13,717 bases of DNA from Candidatus Diapherotrites archaeon CG10_big_fil_rev_8_21_14_0_10_31_34. GTDB lineage: Archaea; Iainarchaeota; Iainarchaeia; Iainarchaeales; 1-14-0-10-31-34. The position numbers and the translations under genes were made by a program. Shown piece by piece: positions 7,074 to 13,717 of this stretch (its first letter is position 1; each line of letters starts with the position of its first letter). Where the stretch lies: positions 2,787-16,503 of the forward strand of contig PFAI01000063.1 of the NCBI GenBank assembly GCA_002763225.1, read 5' to 3'. A model generated the notes under the pieces. That model was not told the DNA's origin and made no database searches. It saw only the letters and a list, made by a program, of their open reading frames with translations.

Positions 7074-7532
7074 TCAGAAATCTGAATCATATTCTGATTC
7101 AAAGTCCCGGTCAAGCCTGTCAAATTCTGCTTCAGGATAAGAAAAAAATTCTTCTTCTTTTTCTTCTTCTGCTTCTAATTCAAAAAACGGGATTTTACCG
7201 TTTTTTCTTTTAATAATAACTGGCTTTTCTTTTTTTTCTTCTTTAATTGATTTTTCTTTGATTTCATTTTCTGTTTTTTCAGCTTTCTTTTCTTTTTTTT
7301 CAGATTTACTGGTCTTTTTTTCAACTTTTTTAGTTTTCTTAGCTGTATCATTAGTTTTCTTTTTAGTTTCTTTTTTCTTGGTTTTTTTTTCTTTTTTCAC
7401 AGTTTTAACCTTCTTTTTAGATTTAATTTTTTCCTTAATTAGTTTCTTTTTTTTCAATGTTTTCTTTTTAACTTTAGGCATGGCTTTTTTATTTACCTTT
7501 TTTTTAGATTTTTCTATTTTCTTTTTTGCCAT
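7074..7532 (-). CDS. Low-complexity hypothetical protein with a Lys-rich (histone H1-like) N-terminus and an acidic/aromatic C-terminus
   Basis: 152-aa ORF with a GGTGA RBS immediately upstream of the ATG and a minus-strand TTTAAATA TATA box at 7575-7568. It abuts the eno stop with no gap. Confidence 0.8.
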   Translation of the reverse strand: MAKKKIEKSKKKVNKKAMPKVKKKTLKKKKLIKEKIKSKKKVKTVKKEKKTKKKETKKKTNDTAKKTKKVEKKTSKSEKKEKKAEKTENEIKEKSIKEEKKEKPVIIKRKNGKIPFFELEAEEEKEEEFFSYPEAEFDRLDRDFESEYDSDF

Positions 7533-7549
7533 TCTTTCACCGTTGTGTT

Positions 7550-7575
7550 ATATTTTTTCAGAAAAAATATTTAAA
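7550..7575 (-). promoter_or_regulatory. TATA box overlapped by a perfect 21-bp palindrome (candidate operator)
   Basis: ATATTTTTTC-A-GAAAAAATAT at 7550-7570 overlaps the TATA box at 7568-7575. Confidence 0.45.
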
Positions 7576-7622
7576 GCTATGTTTAATTAAGCTGAATTAA
7601 AGGTTTTTTTAGCCAAAAAAAC

Positions 7623-7668
7623 AATAAAACAAACTGAATATATAGAATAAAACAAACACAATATAAAG
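7623..7668 (+). repeat. 23-bp tandem duplication in which each copy resembles a BRE-TATA promoter
   Basis: AATAAAACAAACTGAATATATAG (7623-7645) and AATAAAACAAACACAATATAAAG (7646-7668) are identical at 20 of 23 positions. Confidence 0.7.
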
Positions 7669-7701
7669 ATTTCACTATATAACTATATTGGGGGAATTTA
7701 T

Positions 7702-7842
7702 ATGCCTGTCGGAATTGTAAAACAAACTGTTGTATTGAACGAAAGAATGGAAGGACTAGACAAAAAACTTAGAGAGTTAGCAAACGAACAAATTAACCTT
7801 AATGTAAGATTAAGCAATTTAGAGAATGGTAAAAAGTATTAG
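7702..7842 (+). CDS. Small leucine-zipper/coiled-coil protein, 46 aa (MPVGIVKQTVVLNERMEGLDKKLRELANEQINLNVRLSNLENGKKY); not in the ORF track
   Basis: ATG7702 to TAG7842, with a GGGGG RBS at 7690-7694 and upstream TATA boxes. Leu occurs at positions 12, 19, 26, 33 and 40. Confidence 0.7.
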   Translation: MPVGIVKQTVVLNERMEGLDKKLRELANEQINLNVRLSNLENGKKY

Positions 7843-8027
7843 AAGTTTGTCCAAAACTTTTTATCTCTTCTTTTTTCTTCTATTTCTTTTTGTATTTCTT
7901 CTTTAGATAATTTTTCTCTTTTTTTGCCTGTAGGAACCCTTTTTGCGTCTTCTTCTTCAGTGCAGTCTTCACATAAACCGCCTCTTAATTCATCTCTTTT
8001 ATCACATTTTCTACATTTACCCATCAT
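7839..8027 (-). CDS. Small Zn-finger protein (CxxC-x10-CxxC) with a charged helical tail
   Basis: MGKCRKCDKRDELRGGLCEDC... The start is more likely ATG8027 or ATG8024 than 8081, because AAAAACTTATTTAAG (TATA box about 8066-8058) lies inside the longer ORF. Confidence 0.7.
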   Translation of the reverse strand: MMGKCRKCDKRDELRGGLCEDCTEEEDAKRVPTGKKREKLSKEEIQKEIEEKRRDKKFWTNF

Positions 8028-8102
8028 TTCAATCAGTATAAACTTAGATGCAAAGGGCTTAAATAAGTTTTTTATTTTCATCTTTTTTTAATTAAAGTTT
8101 TT

Positions 8103-9410
8103 TTATTCACTTTTCATGAGTTTTTTCATGTGATTAACTCTTTTTTGAATTAATTCTTTTGTTCCAATGTCTTTTCTGAAAAACACTTTGCCTTGCACTA
8201 AATTAACTGCGTTTTGAGCTTTTTTTTCTGCTTCAGTTAATGAGTTTCCTATTCCGACAAAAGCCATTGCCCTTGACCCAGTCATTAAATAATTCCCATT
8301 TTTTTCATCTATTGCGCCAAAAAAATGTTTTGCTTCTTTTGAGGGTTTGAATTCAATAAACTGGTTTTTTACTGAAGCAATTGGATAGCCTTCCGGCACA
8401 ACATATTTGCATACAGTTGCCTTTGATTCAAACTCTAATTTAATTTTATTTAATGTTCCATTAATTACTGCTAAACAGACTTCAACAAAATCGTTTTTTA
8501 GTATTAGAAGAACATTCATTACTTCAGGGTCTCCAAACCTTGCATTAAATTCAATTACTTTTACTCCGTTTTTTGTTAAAATAAATCCTCCATAAAGAAT
8601 TCCTGTGAATTCAATTCCTGTTTCTTTTTTTAAAGCTAAAACAGTTTTTTCGATTATTTTATGCGCTTCTTCAACATGTTTTTTTTCAAGAAATGGAAGC
8701 AAATGATTTTCACAGGAATAAGAACCCATTCCTCCAGTGTTTGGACCTAAATCGTTTTCAAAAGCCCTTTTATGGTCCTGCACTGGAATTGAATCTAATA
8801 CAGTTTTTCCGTCACAAAAACTTTGAAGAGAAAATTCTTCTCCTTCAAGTTTTTCTTCTATTACAACTTTTCCTTTTTCCAGTATTTTGTCTGCATAACT
8901 TAATCCTTGTTCAATTGAATCAAAATGGTCTCCTTGAACATGAACTCCTTTTCCTCCGGTTAAACCATCCGGCTTAACCACAATTTTTTCTAAAGATTTT
9001 GCGTATTCCTGCATGCCTTTTTTTTCTGAAAACACTTTGAATTTTGGCAAACCATCAATTTTGTATTTTTGCATTAATTCTCTTGCAAAGCTTTTGCTTG
9101 ATTCAATTCTTGCAACCTCTTTTTTCGGGCCAAAAGATTTTATTCCTGCTTTTTCTAATTCGTTTACTAATCCTTCTGCTAAAGGGTCATCTGGTGCAAC
9201 AAAAGCAAAATCAGGCTGGATTTTTTTTGCATAATCAACTATAAAAGGAAAATCCATTACAGGATGAGCAATTAATTCTTTTGCTTTCTTTTTAACACCT
9301 GGATTTAATGAAGGCATTACTGCAAATAACTCTGGTTTGCTTGCACTTCTTATAATTGCTTCTGCAATGCAGTCAGTTCTTGCCGTACTTCCAATCAACA
9401 ATATTTTCAT
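8103..9410 (-). CDS. purD: Phosphoribosylamine--glycine ligase (GAR synthetase), archaeal type
   Basis: IESSKSFAR, VKPDGLTGGKGV, EEKLEGEEFS, QDHKRAFENDLGPNTGGMGSYS, EFNARFGDPE, ATVCKYVVPEGYP and FRKDIG. Confidence 0.97.
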   Translation of the reverse strand: MKILLIGSTARTDCIAEAIIRSASKPELFAVMPSLNPGVKKKAKELIAHPVMDFPFIVDYAKKIQPDFAFVAPDDPLAEGLVNELEKAGIKSFGPKKEVARIESSKSFARELMQKYKIDGLPKFKVFSEKKGMQEYAKSLEKIVVKPDGLTGGKGVHVQGDHFDSIEQGLSYADKILEKGKVVIEEKLEGEEFSLQSFCDGKTVLDSIPVQDHKRAFENDLGPNTGGMGSYSCENHLLPFLEKKHVEEAHKIIEKTVLALKKETGIEFTGILYGGFILTKNGVKVIEFNARFGDPEVMNVLLILKNDFVEVCLAVINGTLNKIKLEFESKATVCKYVVPEGYPIASVKNQFIEFKPSKEAKHFFGAIDEKNGNYLMTGSRAMAFVGIGNSLTEAEKKAQNAVNLVQGKVFFRKDIGTKELIQKRVNHMKKLMKSE

Positions 9411-9453
9411 TTTAAATTCCTTCTATAAATCAAATAAGAACAAATTAATTAAA

Positions 9454-10008
9454 TTACTTAAGGTTGTGTCTTGTTCTTGCAGAAATTCTTCTTGCAATCC
9501 TTTTCTTTTTCTTTGCTTTTCTTGTATCAACTCTAATTTTTCTTTTTAGTTTTGTTTCCCATTCTTCGTAAGGCCAAGACATTTTTTTGCCAATTCCCAT
9601 TTTAATTAATTGACTAAATCGTTTATCTGATGTGTCCCACCCGCGAATCGTTCTAATTGAAGGAAAAGTTCTTTTAACTCTTTGTCTAAAATGGTTTTCT
9701 AAAAATAATGCCAGTCCTTTACCTCCAAATATTTCTTCTCCTCTAGGAACTGACTCAAAGGGGTACAAATTCTCTAAAGTTAAAGTGTTATTTGCACGAC
9801 TAAAATTTCCTTTAATATAACCAATTTCTTTTCCAAAAGGATTTGTTCCAAATTTTTGTTCAAATTTTTTTATTGCCTTTCTTATTTCTTGGGTGGAAAT
9901 AAAATTTTTCCCAATTGTTCCTTGAGACATTAAAAAAGTTGCATAAACAACCCCTATTGGATCAACTTTGTATTGAATCCAAATTCCTGGAACTACTTTT
10001 TTTTCCAT
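9454..10008 (-). CDS. Basic hypothetical protein, possibly a divergent GNAT acetyltransferase fold
   Basis: 184-aa ORF starting 6 nt after the nucS stop. IFGGKGLA resembles GNAT motif A, and the C-tail is Arg/Lys-rich. The function is inference. Confidence 0.7.
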   Translation of the reverse strand: MEKKVVPGIWIQYKVDPIGVVYATFLMSQGTIGKNFISTQEIRKAIKKFEQKFGTNPFGKEIGYIKGNFSRANNTLTLENLYPFESVPRGEEIFGGKGLALFLENHFRQRVKRTFPSIRTIRGWDTSDKRFSQLIKMGIGKKMSWPYEEWETKLKRKIRVDTRKAKKKKRIARRISARTRHNLK

Positions 10009-10014
10009 TTTAAT

Positions 10015-10770
10015 CTATCCAAACAATGTTTTCTGTTTTTTTTCTAATCCCTTTATTTCTGCATGAGGATTGCTTATTTCATAATCCAGTTTACAGTATT
10101 CCAAACCATATTTTTCAAGTAATTCGCTTGTAGGTTTTCCAATTGATGGAGCACATAAAATGCCTCTTGTTTTTCTTCCTTTAATTGATTCAACCTGATG
10201 CATGTAACTATGCAACTGCCTAACAGAATTCAAGTCAGCTCTTCTTCTTTTAACTTCAATTACCACTAAGTTCTTGTCTTTATCTTCAGCCATAATATCT
10301 ATTGTTCCTTTTCTCAGCATTTGTTCTTTATTTAACGGAATCAAACCTTTTTCTAATACACTTAAATCCTGCATTAATAAATCGCTTAACTCTCTTTCCG
10401 AACCAAATAATCTTAATTCTTTTTCTCCTTCAACGTCAAATGATTCAGCAAAATCAATTGAATAAAAATAGATATCAATTTTTTCTTTTGGTTTTCTTTT
10501 TGAAGCAGAAATAACTAAAGCATTTTTTTCTGAATCCAATACAACTGATGCCTGTGCGTTCATCATATAATTAATCGGTCTTAACTTTGTGTTTTGATGG
10601 ATTGCAAAGCTTTTATCGCCTTTAACTAAAAGCATTCTTTTTCCTTTCGGAAGCTTGCTTCCTGCTCTGCCCTGATACTGTACAAAGCATTCTCCTATTA
10701 CAATCAGCATTTTGCCTGAATCAATTCCTGTTTTAATTTTTTCTTGAGCATCGCTTAAATGGAAAGCCAT
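10015..10770 (-). CDS. nucS: Endonuclease NucS/EndoMS (mismatch-specific endonuclease)
   Basis: CFVQYQGRAGSKL, KGDKSFAIH, RPINY, GSERELSD, RecB-like IDIMAED...VIEVKR and QLHSY motifs, RGILCAP, and C-terminal PIP-like QKTLF. ATG10770 is preferred to TTG10794. Confidence 0.95.
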   Translation of the reverse strand: MAFHLSDAQEKIKTGIDSGKMLIVIGECFVQYQGRAGSKLPKGKRMLLVKGDKSFAIHQNTKLRPINYMMNAQASVVLDSEKNALVISASKRKPKEKIDIYFYSIDFAESFDVEGEKELRLFGSERELSDLLMQDLSVLEKGLIPLNKEQMLRKGTIDIMAEDKDKNLVVIEVKRRRADLNSVRQLHSYMHQVESIKGRKTRGILCAPSIGKPTSELLEKYGLEYCKLDYEISNPHAEIKGLEKKQKTLFG

Positions 10771-10805
10771 GCAGATAAAGAGAAAGAAAAACAATAAAAA
10801 ATGAA

Positions 10806-11882
10806 TTAAATTTCAGTGATTTTTTTCGGCGCATTAGACAGTTTTTTGAATCCTTTTTTTGTAATTAAGTAATCGTCTTCAATTCTAATGCCTCCAAAAC
10901 CTTTCTTGTAATAGCCTGGCTCAATAGTCAAAACCGTGTTTTCTTCCAGCAAGTTTTTTTCTCCAAAATTCTTTTTCGGAAAATCATGTGTTTCTAAACC
11001 CAAACCATGACCAATATCATGCATTAATTTTTGCCCAAGTTCTTTTTGAATGAATTCATCTGCTGATTTAAATGCAAGAGAATAATCTTTTTTTTCTCCT
11101 AGTTCATTTTCAGCCAGTTTTTTTGCTTCAGCAACTTTTTCATATAATTCACTGAATTTTTTTGGAGTTTTGCCTGAAAAAAACATTCGAGTTAAATCAG
11201 AGCAATAACCTTTGAATTTTACTCCAAAGTCTATGAGGATTAATTCAGTTTTCTTTATTTTTTTGTTTGAAGTGTTGTGGTGAGGTACACTGGAATTTGT
11301 TCCTGAAGCAACAATTAAAGGAAATGCTAATTCTTCTGCTCCAAACTTTTTTGCCTGAAACTCTAATTCAGAAGCAAGTTCTAGCTCTGTCATTCCAACT
11401 CTGAAAAAAGATTTTATTTTAGAAAAAGTTTTTTCTGTTATTTCACAGGCTTTTTTTATTCTGTTAATTTCTTCTTTTGTTTTAGTGCTTCTGATTTCAT
11501 TTATTTCTTTTGATGCATCAACAAACTTTTTTCCTTTCAAAACTTTATTTAATTTTTTTAGGCTGTTAACAGGCATTGCATCCAGATTTAATCCAATTAA
11601 TTTTCCTTTGGCTTCTTTTTTCAGAATTGAAATAAACTGCTTTGAGTTTTTGGCTGTTTTAACTAAATAGTTTTTTGATTGAGGGATTCCTGCGCCTTCT
11701 AAAGCTGAAGTAATAATTAAAGGCTTTATTCCTTTTCTTAAAATCAAGAAATTGTTTTCGTATTTTTCTCTTGATAATCCAGTAAAATAATAAAAATTTG
11801 GGTCAGAGTAATTGCTGTAATTTCTGATTATAATTGACTGTACTTTTGTTTTAAGAAAAAGCTGTTTTATTTTGTTTTTCAT
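10806..11882 (-). CDS. Xaa-Pro peptidase, M24B family (aminopeptidase P / prolidase)
   Basis: N-terminal NFYYFTG and RSTKTKEE; substrate/metal-binding motifs SVPHH, LIDFG, SDLTR, GHGLGLETHD, TIEPGYY and GIRIEDD. Confidence 0.95.
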   Translation of the reverse strand: MKNKIKQLFLKTKVQSIIIRNYSNYSDPNFYYFTGLSREKYENNFLILRKGIKPLIITSALEGAGIPQSKNYLVKTAKNSKQFISILKKEAKGKLIGLNLDAMPVNSLKKLNKVLKGKKFVDASKEINEIRSTKTKEEINRIKKACEITEKTFSKIKSFFRVGMTELELASELEFQAKKFGAEELAFPLIVASGTNSSVPHHNTSNKKIKKTELILIDFGVKFKGYCSDLTRMFFSGKTPKKFSELYEKVAEAKKLAENELGEKKDYSLAFKSADEFIQKELGQKLMHDIGHGLGLETHDFPKKNFGEKNLLEENTVLTIEPGYYKKGFGGIRIEDDYLITKKGFKKLSNAPKKITEI

Positions 11883-11892
11883 CTGAATCCAT

Positions 11893-12057
11893 TTATTTTC
11901 TTTTTACCATTGGAAGCCCTGTTTTCTGGTTTTCGATTACAGTAAATTCTTCAGGTAAATCAATTGATTCTTCTTCTTTTTTAGAGAAAAAATATAATTT
12001 GCCTCTTGAATGCAAATGATAAGTTATTCCCCTGCTGTTTTTATGGCTGTACCCCAT
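11893..12057 (-). CDS. Small protein, 54 aa (MGYSHKNSRGITYHLHSRGKLYFFSKKEEESIDLPEEFTVIENQKTGLPMVKRK); not in the ORF track
   Basis: ATG12057 to TAA11893, with a GGTGA RBS at 12067-12063 and a TATA box at about 12097-12091. The sequence is high-complexity. From memory it resembles a family of uncharacterised small proteins (NSxGxTYxLH...FFS...LP...EN..TGLP); I have not verified this by search. Confidence 0.85.
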   Translation of the reverse strand: MGYSHKNSRGITYHLHSRGKLYFFSKKEEESIDLPEEFTVIENQKTGLPMVKRK

Positions 12058-12087
12058 GATTCTCACCAATAGAAGTAATGCTAGAGC

Positions 12088-12106
12088 TTTTTTTAAAGGT
12101 TTCTTT
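12088..12106. promoter_or_regulatory. Shared or bidirectional TATA element between the 54-aa gene and the DHH gene
   Basis: TTTTAAAG at 12091-12098 ends about 25 nt before ATG12124 on the plus strand. On the minus strand it reads AAAGAAACC-TTTAAAA upstream of the GGTGA RBS. Confidence 0.5.
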
Positions 12107-12123
12107 GGTTTTTTTTAAAGGCA

Positions 12124-13206
12124 ATGAATACATTAAAAGAAAAATTTAAGCAGTTAATTCTGAAAAACCAAAACAAAAATATTGGAGTATTGCATCACAC
12201 TGATTCAGATGGAATTTGCGCCGGAGTTATTACTGCAAAAGCATTAGAAAGAATTAATGGAAAGCTTCCAATGCTTTTTCATCAGAACCCAGGACAAATT
12301 ACTTTACAGGAAAAAACTGTTGAAAAACTTAAAAGAAAAAAAATTGATTTTCTTATTTCAGTTGATTTAAGCCTTGACCAGAATCCTGAACCAGTTTTTG
12401 AATTAGAAGAGTTTTCTGAAATTCTCATATTAGACCATCATAAAAAATATAATAATTTGAATTCAAAAAAAACTTTAATGATTAAAAGCGAGGACTTAAC
12501 AGGAGAAGAAGGAAGCAAATATCCTGCATCAAAACTTTGCTTTGACTTGTTTTCTGATTTAACTGAATTAAATGACTTGGATTGGGTTGCAGCAATTGGT
12601 TTAACAGGAGACAATGCTTATTCTGAATGGAAAGATTTTGTTGACTCAGTTTTAGACAAGTATGACCCTAACAGAAAAAGACTGGAAAAAAACATTTTAG
12701 TTAAAGTGACTGAATTAATTGACTCAATTGAAGTAATTGACTCACATAAAATAACTGATTTAGTTAATGTTTTTTTGACTGCAAAAAAACCACAGAATTT
12801 AATGAAACAAGATTTACTGAATGATTTAGAGGAATTAGAAAATGAATTAAATAAATGGATTGAATTATTTAAAGAAAACAAAGAAGTTTTTCCTGAAAAA
12901 GAATTAGTGTATTTTGAAATCAAACCAGAGCATTCAATCAAATCAGTTTTAATTAACAGGCTTTCAGAAACAATTCCAAATAAAACTCTTGTAATAGTTC
13001 AGGACTTTGAAGGAGAACATGTTTATTTTAGTGCAAGAAGACAGGACTTTAAAGTCAAAGTAAATGATTTACTGGAAAAATGCGTTAAAGGCTTTCCTGA
13101 TTCAGGTGCAGGAGGACATATTCCTGCTGCAGCCGGAAAAATCCCAAGAGAATACTTAAAAGAGTTCAAGAAAAAATTAATTGAAAACTGTGAGAAAGGA
13201 AAATAA
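12124..13206 (+). CDS. DHH/DHHA1-family phosphoesterase (RecJ/NrnA-like)
   Basis: Motif I HHTDSDG, motif II SVDL, motif III ILDHH, motif IV GLTGD, and DHHA1 motifs FSARR and GAGGHIPAAAG. Confidence 0.93.
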   Translation: MNTLKEKFKQLILKNQNKNIGVLHHTDSDGICAGVITAKALERINGKLPMLFHQNPGQITLQEKTVEKLKRKKIDFLISVDLSLDQNPEPVFELEEFSEILILDHHKKYNNLNSKKTLMIKSEDLTGEEGSKYPASKLCFDLFSDLTELNDLDWVAAIGLTGDNAYSEWKDFVDSVLDKYDPNRKRLEKNILVKVTELIDSIEVIDSHKITDLVNVFLTAKKPQNLMKQDLLNDLEELENELNKWIELFKENKEVFPEKELVYFEIKPEHSIKSVLINRLSETIPNKTLVIVQDFEGEHVYFSARRQDFKVKVNDLLEKCVKGFPDSGAGGHIPAAAGKIPREYLKEFKKKLIENCEKGK

Positions 13207-13207
13207 A

Positions 13208-13250
13208 CGTTTCGCCGTCGCGGTTTCGCCCGCGAGAGACGAGGCACTGC
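13208..13250. other. GC-rich stem-loop element of unknown class (terminator, ncRNA or REP-like)
   Basis: 30 of 43 bases are G+C. Inner stem TCGCGG(13218-23)/CCGCGA(13230-35) and outer stem CGTTTC(13208-13)/GAGACG(13236-41). Confidence 0.6.
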
Positions 13251-13333
13251 ATAAAGCTGGACTGCAATAGAAATAATAAAAATTAACAAAAAATTTAATT
13301 AAAAAATAAGTAAAAGAAAAATCAGAAAAGAAA

Positions 13334-13714
13334 TTATGTCATTCCTTTCATTTCTGCGTTGATTTGAGTTACTTTAGTTATTTTTTCCTGTAAGGACTGC
13401 ATTTCAGATTTTAATTTAGTTTTTTTTGTATTTAAATGAGATTCTCTTTCAACTAACTTAGAGATTTTATCTCTTAACTGGTTTTCTTCGTTTTGAGTGT
13501 CATTAAAATCCAATGCCAATAAATACAAATCTCTTTCCATGCCTTTTTTTTGTCCCTGCAATGCACCTAACTGTTGTTCTATTTCTTTCAAAGCTGAAGA
13601 CAAAAATTCCGCACTAGTTTTCGCTGGAGCAGTTTTTTTAACTGTTCTTTTTTTTGCTGTGGTTTTTTTTACTGTCTTCTTTTTTGAGGTTTTTTTTACT
13701 TTCTTTTTTGGCAT
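13334..13714 (-). CDS. Hypothetical protein with a histone H1-like KKT-repeat N-terminus and a long coiled coil
   Basis: MPKKKVKKTSKKKTVKKTTAKKRTVKKTAPAK followed by an approximately 85-aa helix with a heptad pattern. The upstream region is outside the window. Confidence 0.8.
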   Translation of the reverse strand: MPKKKVKKTSKKKTVKKTTAKKRTVKKTAPAKTSAEFLSSALKEIEQQLGALQGQKKGMERDLYLLALDFNDTQNEENQLRDKISKLVERESHLNTKKTKLKSEMQSLQEKITKVTQINAEMKGMT

Positions 13715-13717
13715 TGG

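Noticed and set aside
7258..7590. 110-aa hydrophobic plus-strand ORF
   Set aside because: Antisense of the Lys-rich gene, which is the strand carrying the RBS and promoter.
7623..7668. Tandem repeat considered as a mini-CRISPR array
   Set aside because: Only two adjacent copies, no spacer and no cas genes.
13208..13266. Hammerhead or HDV-like ribozyme, SECIS element or known riboswitch
   Set aside because: CGAAAC is present on the minus strand but there is no CTGANGA core. I could not build the HDV nested pseudoknot, the flanking genes have no in-frame TGA, and no riboswitch consensus I know fits.
13023..13289. 88-aa minus-strand ORF crossing the GC-rich element
   Set aside because: Mostly antisense to the DHH gene, with a non-ATG start and no RBS.

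Overview
AT-rich, gene-dense window with archaeal signals: TATA/BRE-like promoters, GGTGA-type ribosome-binding sites, and a tRNA 3' end with no encoded CCA. The gene content and many short Lys-rich orphans suggest a DPANN archaeon, possibly Iainarchaeota/Micrarchaeota-like (inference). Contents in order: 3' end of a tRNA (probably Pro), a 58-aa ORF, a metallophosphoesterase with an Lhr helicase (a known DNA-repair pair), PRPP synthetase, a 47-aa ORF divergent from a DPS-like thioferritin, enolase, a basic/acidic low-complexity protein, a 46-aa leucine-zipper ORF, a Zn-finger microprotein, PurD, a putative divergent GNAT, NucS/EndoMS, an Xaa-Pro peptidase, a 54-aa protein, a DHH/DHHA1 phosphoesterase and an H1-like/coiled-coil protein. 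I found no CRISPR array, integrase or transposase. The region is mostly housekeeping and I cannot demonstrate a new multi-gene system. The best leads are a GC-rich structured element at 13208-13266, four small ORFs missing from the ORF track, an anomalous tRNA T-arm, a stop-interrupted in-frame extension between lhr and the phosphoesterase, inverted repeats flanking the DPSL cassette, and two H1-like proteins.
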